A stretch of DNA of 63,402 bases, filler included, from Octopus bimaculoides (taxonomy: Eukaryota): assembly GCF_001194135.2 (NCBI RefSeq). It is 8 parts of 7 records of this genome, joined end to end, with 100 filler letters (N's around TTAATTAATTAA, not from the genome) between each part and the next. Parts side by side here need not be neighbours in the genome. Positions count along the whole stretch, not along the records: positions 62,392 to 63,402 come from NW_026415252.1; 7 more parts are not named here. The stretch is one strand, 5' to 3'. Positions within the stretch are counted from its first letter, which is position 1; every line of letters starts with the position of its first letter. Of the stretch, positions 62,392 to 63,402 are shown piece after piece. The translations under genes and the position numbers were made by a program. The notes beneath the pieces were generated by a model. The model saw only the letters and a list, made by a program, of their open reading frames with translations, searched no databases and was not told the origin of the DNA.

Positions 62392-62759
62392 CCCATTCTT
62401 CCGTACTCAGAGGCATAGTAGAGTATTTCTTAGCTCCTTGCTCCGTCTTAAAATACACCTTCACCGTTTCGTATTTTTTCCTCTCATAAACAGCACAACT
62501 TCCTCTGTGATTTCCTTCAGACACTTCTCAATCATTTCAGTGTCCGCTATTTCTATTTTCTTGGAGCCGATTCTTAAAGTTTTATATGTGATAATTTTCT
62601 TTTCTGCTTCTTCCATCACTTCTTTGGGAGGGTCGACCCTCAAACAGTCTCCCTCCTTCTTCAAATATTTGAAATGTTTCTTCAAATTTTCCATATCTAC
62701 CTTCACCTCTCTCATTCCCATGTCGCTGGTCGGCCTGCAGCTGCGTAGCTGGTAGTCAT
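62392..62759 (-). pseudogene. L1/Tx1-type LINE ORF1 N-terminus
   Basis: MTTSYAAAGRP start, frameshifted into EVKVDMENLKKHFKYLKKEGDCLRVDPP...IEKCLKEITEEVV and RKKYETVKVYFKTEQGAKKYSTMPLSTEEW. Abuts a scaffold spacer. Family call is by resemblance only. Confidence 0.55.
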
Positions 62760-62998
62760 ATTAAACCACCTCAGCAATGGCTTTCAACAAAATAATTCCA
62801 ACAAAACGGCAACAATATAATAATAGGTCCTCAACAAATTCCTACAACGTATTTCTACTCAAGCGCTCCTTCAAAACATGACACAATAATAGTTCTTAAA
62901 ACAATTTCAACAGAACGCAAATCAGAGAACTCACCGCGTTAAACGCTTTCTTCAATCAAATTCACAACACAACTCAAAAAAAAACTGGTGCTCAACAC

Positions 62999-63064
62999 GC
63001 ATAATAAGCACTTGCTAATATTAGCCCTAAATTGGGGGCTAATATTAGCAAATGCTTATTATGC
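62999..63064. repeat. 29-bp inverted repeat (1 mismatch), 8-nt loop
   Basis: GCATAATAAGCACTTGCTAATATTAGCCC / GGGCTAATATTAGCAAATGCTTATTATGC. Confidence 0.9.
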
Positions 63065-63402
63065 ATTAGGGAATCCCTTTCCAATCTTAGGTCTTTTGGG
63101 CCGAAAACCTTGAATAAGTTTATCGAGGTAATCCCTTTTTGCAATCATAAATTTTCCTCCACCTTCCTAAAACTATATAAAAATAGAAATAAGAACAAAA
63201 ATAATAGTATTAGTAGTGGTAATAATGGTAGTAATGGTGATAGTAATGGTAATCATAGAAGTAAAAATTAAAATAAAAAGACAAAAATATTGATATTAAA
63301 ATAATAATAAAAATATGGATACAATGGTAGTATTTATTTTTCATTTATTTTTATCATGGCTTACGTTGGATTTGAAACCTAATAGTCTTTAGTTACCAAA
63401 CC

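Overview
This is repeat-dominated, AT-rich eukaryotic DNA with about 6 kb of N gaps. The SINE families and microsatellite load suggest a coleoid cephalopod, probably Octopus; that is an inference and I could not run a database search. I found no credible host-gene exon chain, rRNA, tRNA gene or CRISPR array. Nearly all ORFs in the track are microsatellite or N-gap read-through. What is supported is a set of transposable element relics: a deleted Ty3/gypsy LTR element (886-3782, minus) with LTRs, PBS and PPT; a hAT element with a perfect 8-bp TSD; a DD37D (maT) Tc1/mariner element plus a second fragment; three mariner relics; two R4/Dong-like LINE pieces in (TAA)n; L1/Tx1, CR1, RTE and Penelope GIY-YIG fragments; several MITEs; and many copies of four SINE-like families. 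The most interesting observation is a ~430-bp palindrome (55393-55823) whose two arms each carry a complete minimal type I hammerhead ribozyme core pointing outward. It sits in a 2.6-kb cluster of three long fold-backs. Other highlights are decayed hammerhead motifs elsewhere, a 53-bp hairpin made from transposase coding sequence, a mariner derivative built from two 5' ends, and an unexplained pair of inverted, diverged coding-like segments at 37.1-37.7 kb. Hammerheads in Penelope-type repeats are a known class, so any novelty lies in the arrangement and remains to be tested. Seven N44-TTAATTAATTAA-N44 blocks are artificial scaffold spacers, so adjacency across them is unreliable.
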